Source: an uncultured Candidatus Rokubacteria bacterium (GTDB taxonomy: Bacteria > Methylomirabilota > Methylomirabilia > Rokubacteriales > CSP1-6). Taken from it: a DNA stretch of 64,000 bases. Shown here in pieces: positions 63,815 to 64,000 of this stretch. Below the pieces are notes generated by a model. The model had not been told where the DNA came from. It saw nothing but the letters and a program-made list of their open reading frames with translations, and did not search any database. The stretch covers positions 928,001 to 992,000 of the forward strand of contig CAVWWD010000008.1 in NCBI GenBank assembly GCA_963758635.1. The letters are read 5' to 3'. Every line of letters starts with the position of its first letter. Position 1 is the stretch's first letter. Both the position numbers and the translations under genes were made by a program.

Positions 63815-63851
63815 GTGCGGGCGCCCGGGCTTCGCCCGCCCGCACCCGGCG
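63813..63851. repeat. 39-bp REP-like element (copy of 29099-29137)
   Basis: Exact reverse-complement match. Confidence 0.75.
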
Positions 63852-63895
63852 GCCCGGGTGAGCGGTGACGATGCGCGGGCGCTTCGCCCGCCTCG

Positions 63896-64000
63896 TCAGC
63901 GTCGCAGGAGGTAGGGCACGTCGGTGACGACGGTGTTCTTGCGGTAGAGCAGCGCGCCCTTCACGAGGAGCGCGGTCTGGTTGTGCAGGACGTGCTGCCA
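63896..64000 (-). CDS. 3' end of probable APC-family permease (partial)
   Basis: WQHVLHNQTALLVKGALLYRKNTVVTDVPY resembles the YdaO/KimA-type C-terminus. Confidence 0.6.
   Translation of the reverse strand, partial: WQHVLHNQTALLVKGALLYRKNTVVTDVPYLLRR

Noticed and set aside
1..64000. tRNA, rRNA or known riboswitch
   Set aside because: None recognised by eye in the intergenic regions; an Rfam/tRNAscan run would be needed to exclude them fully

Overview
Very GC-rich bacterial chromosomal segment. Its gene content (six luciferase-like monooxygenases, CoA-transferases, amidohydrolases, SDRs, DinB proteins, an ABC transporter) suggests an uncultured soil organism such as Ca. Rokubacteria; that taxon call is inference. 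Many genes carry single-base frameshifts that look like long-read assembly errors. Accessory elements lie within this catabolic backbone: (i) a dispersed integron system, with attC-bounded cassettes at 15.2-16.8 kb (toxin-antitoxin plus an ORF-less stretch) and 41.6-44.5 kb (two class III nucleotidyl cyclases, one with a restriction-endonuclease-like N-terminus), and a truncated IntI plus decayed DUF4160/DUF2442 pair at 48.6-49.9 kb followed by an exact 49-bp copy of part of the neighbouring gene; (ii) an orphan three-gene module (LysM/peptidoglycan-binding protein, OmpA-like protein with long unknown C-terminus, exported protein) resembling a polymorphic effector-immunity unit; (iii) an alanine-racemase homologue whose key catalytic residues are substituted; (iv) several small intergenic repeat families, one of which sits in fixed orientation just upstream of start codons. 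No rRNA, tRNA or CRISPR array was seen.
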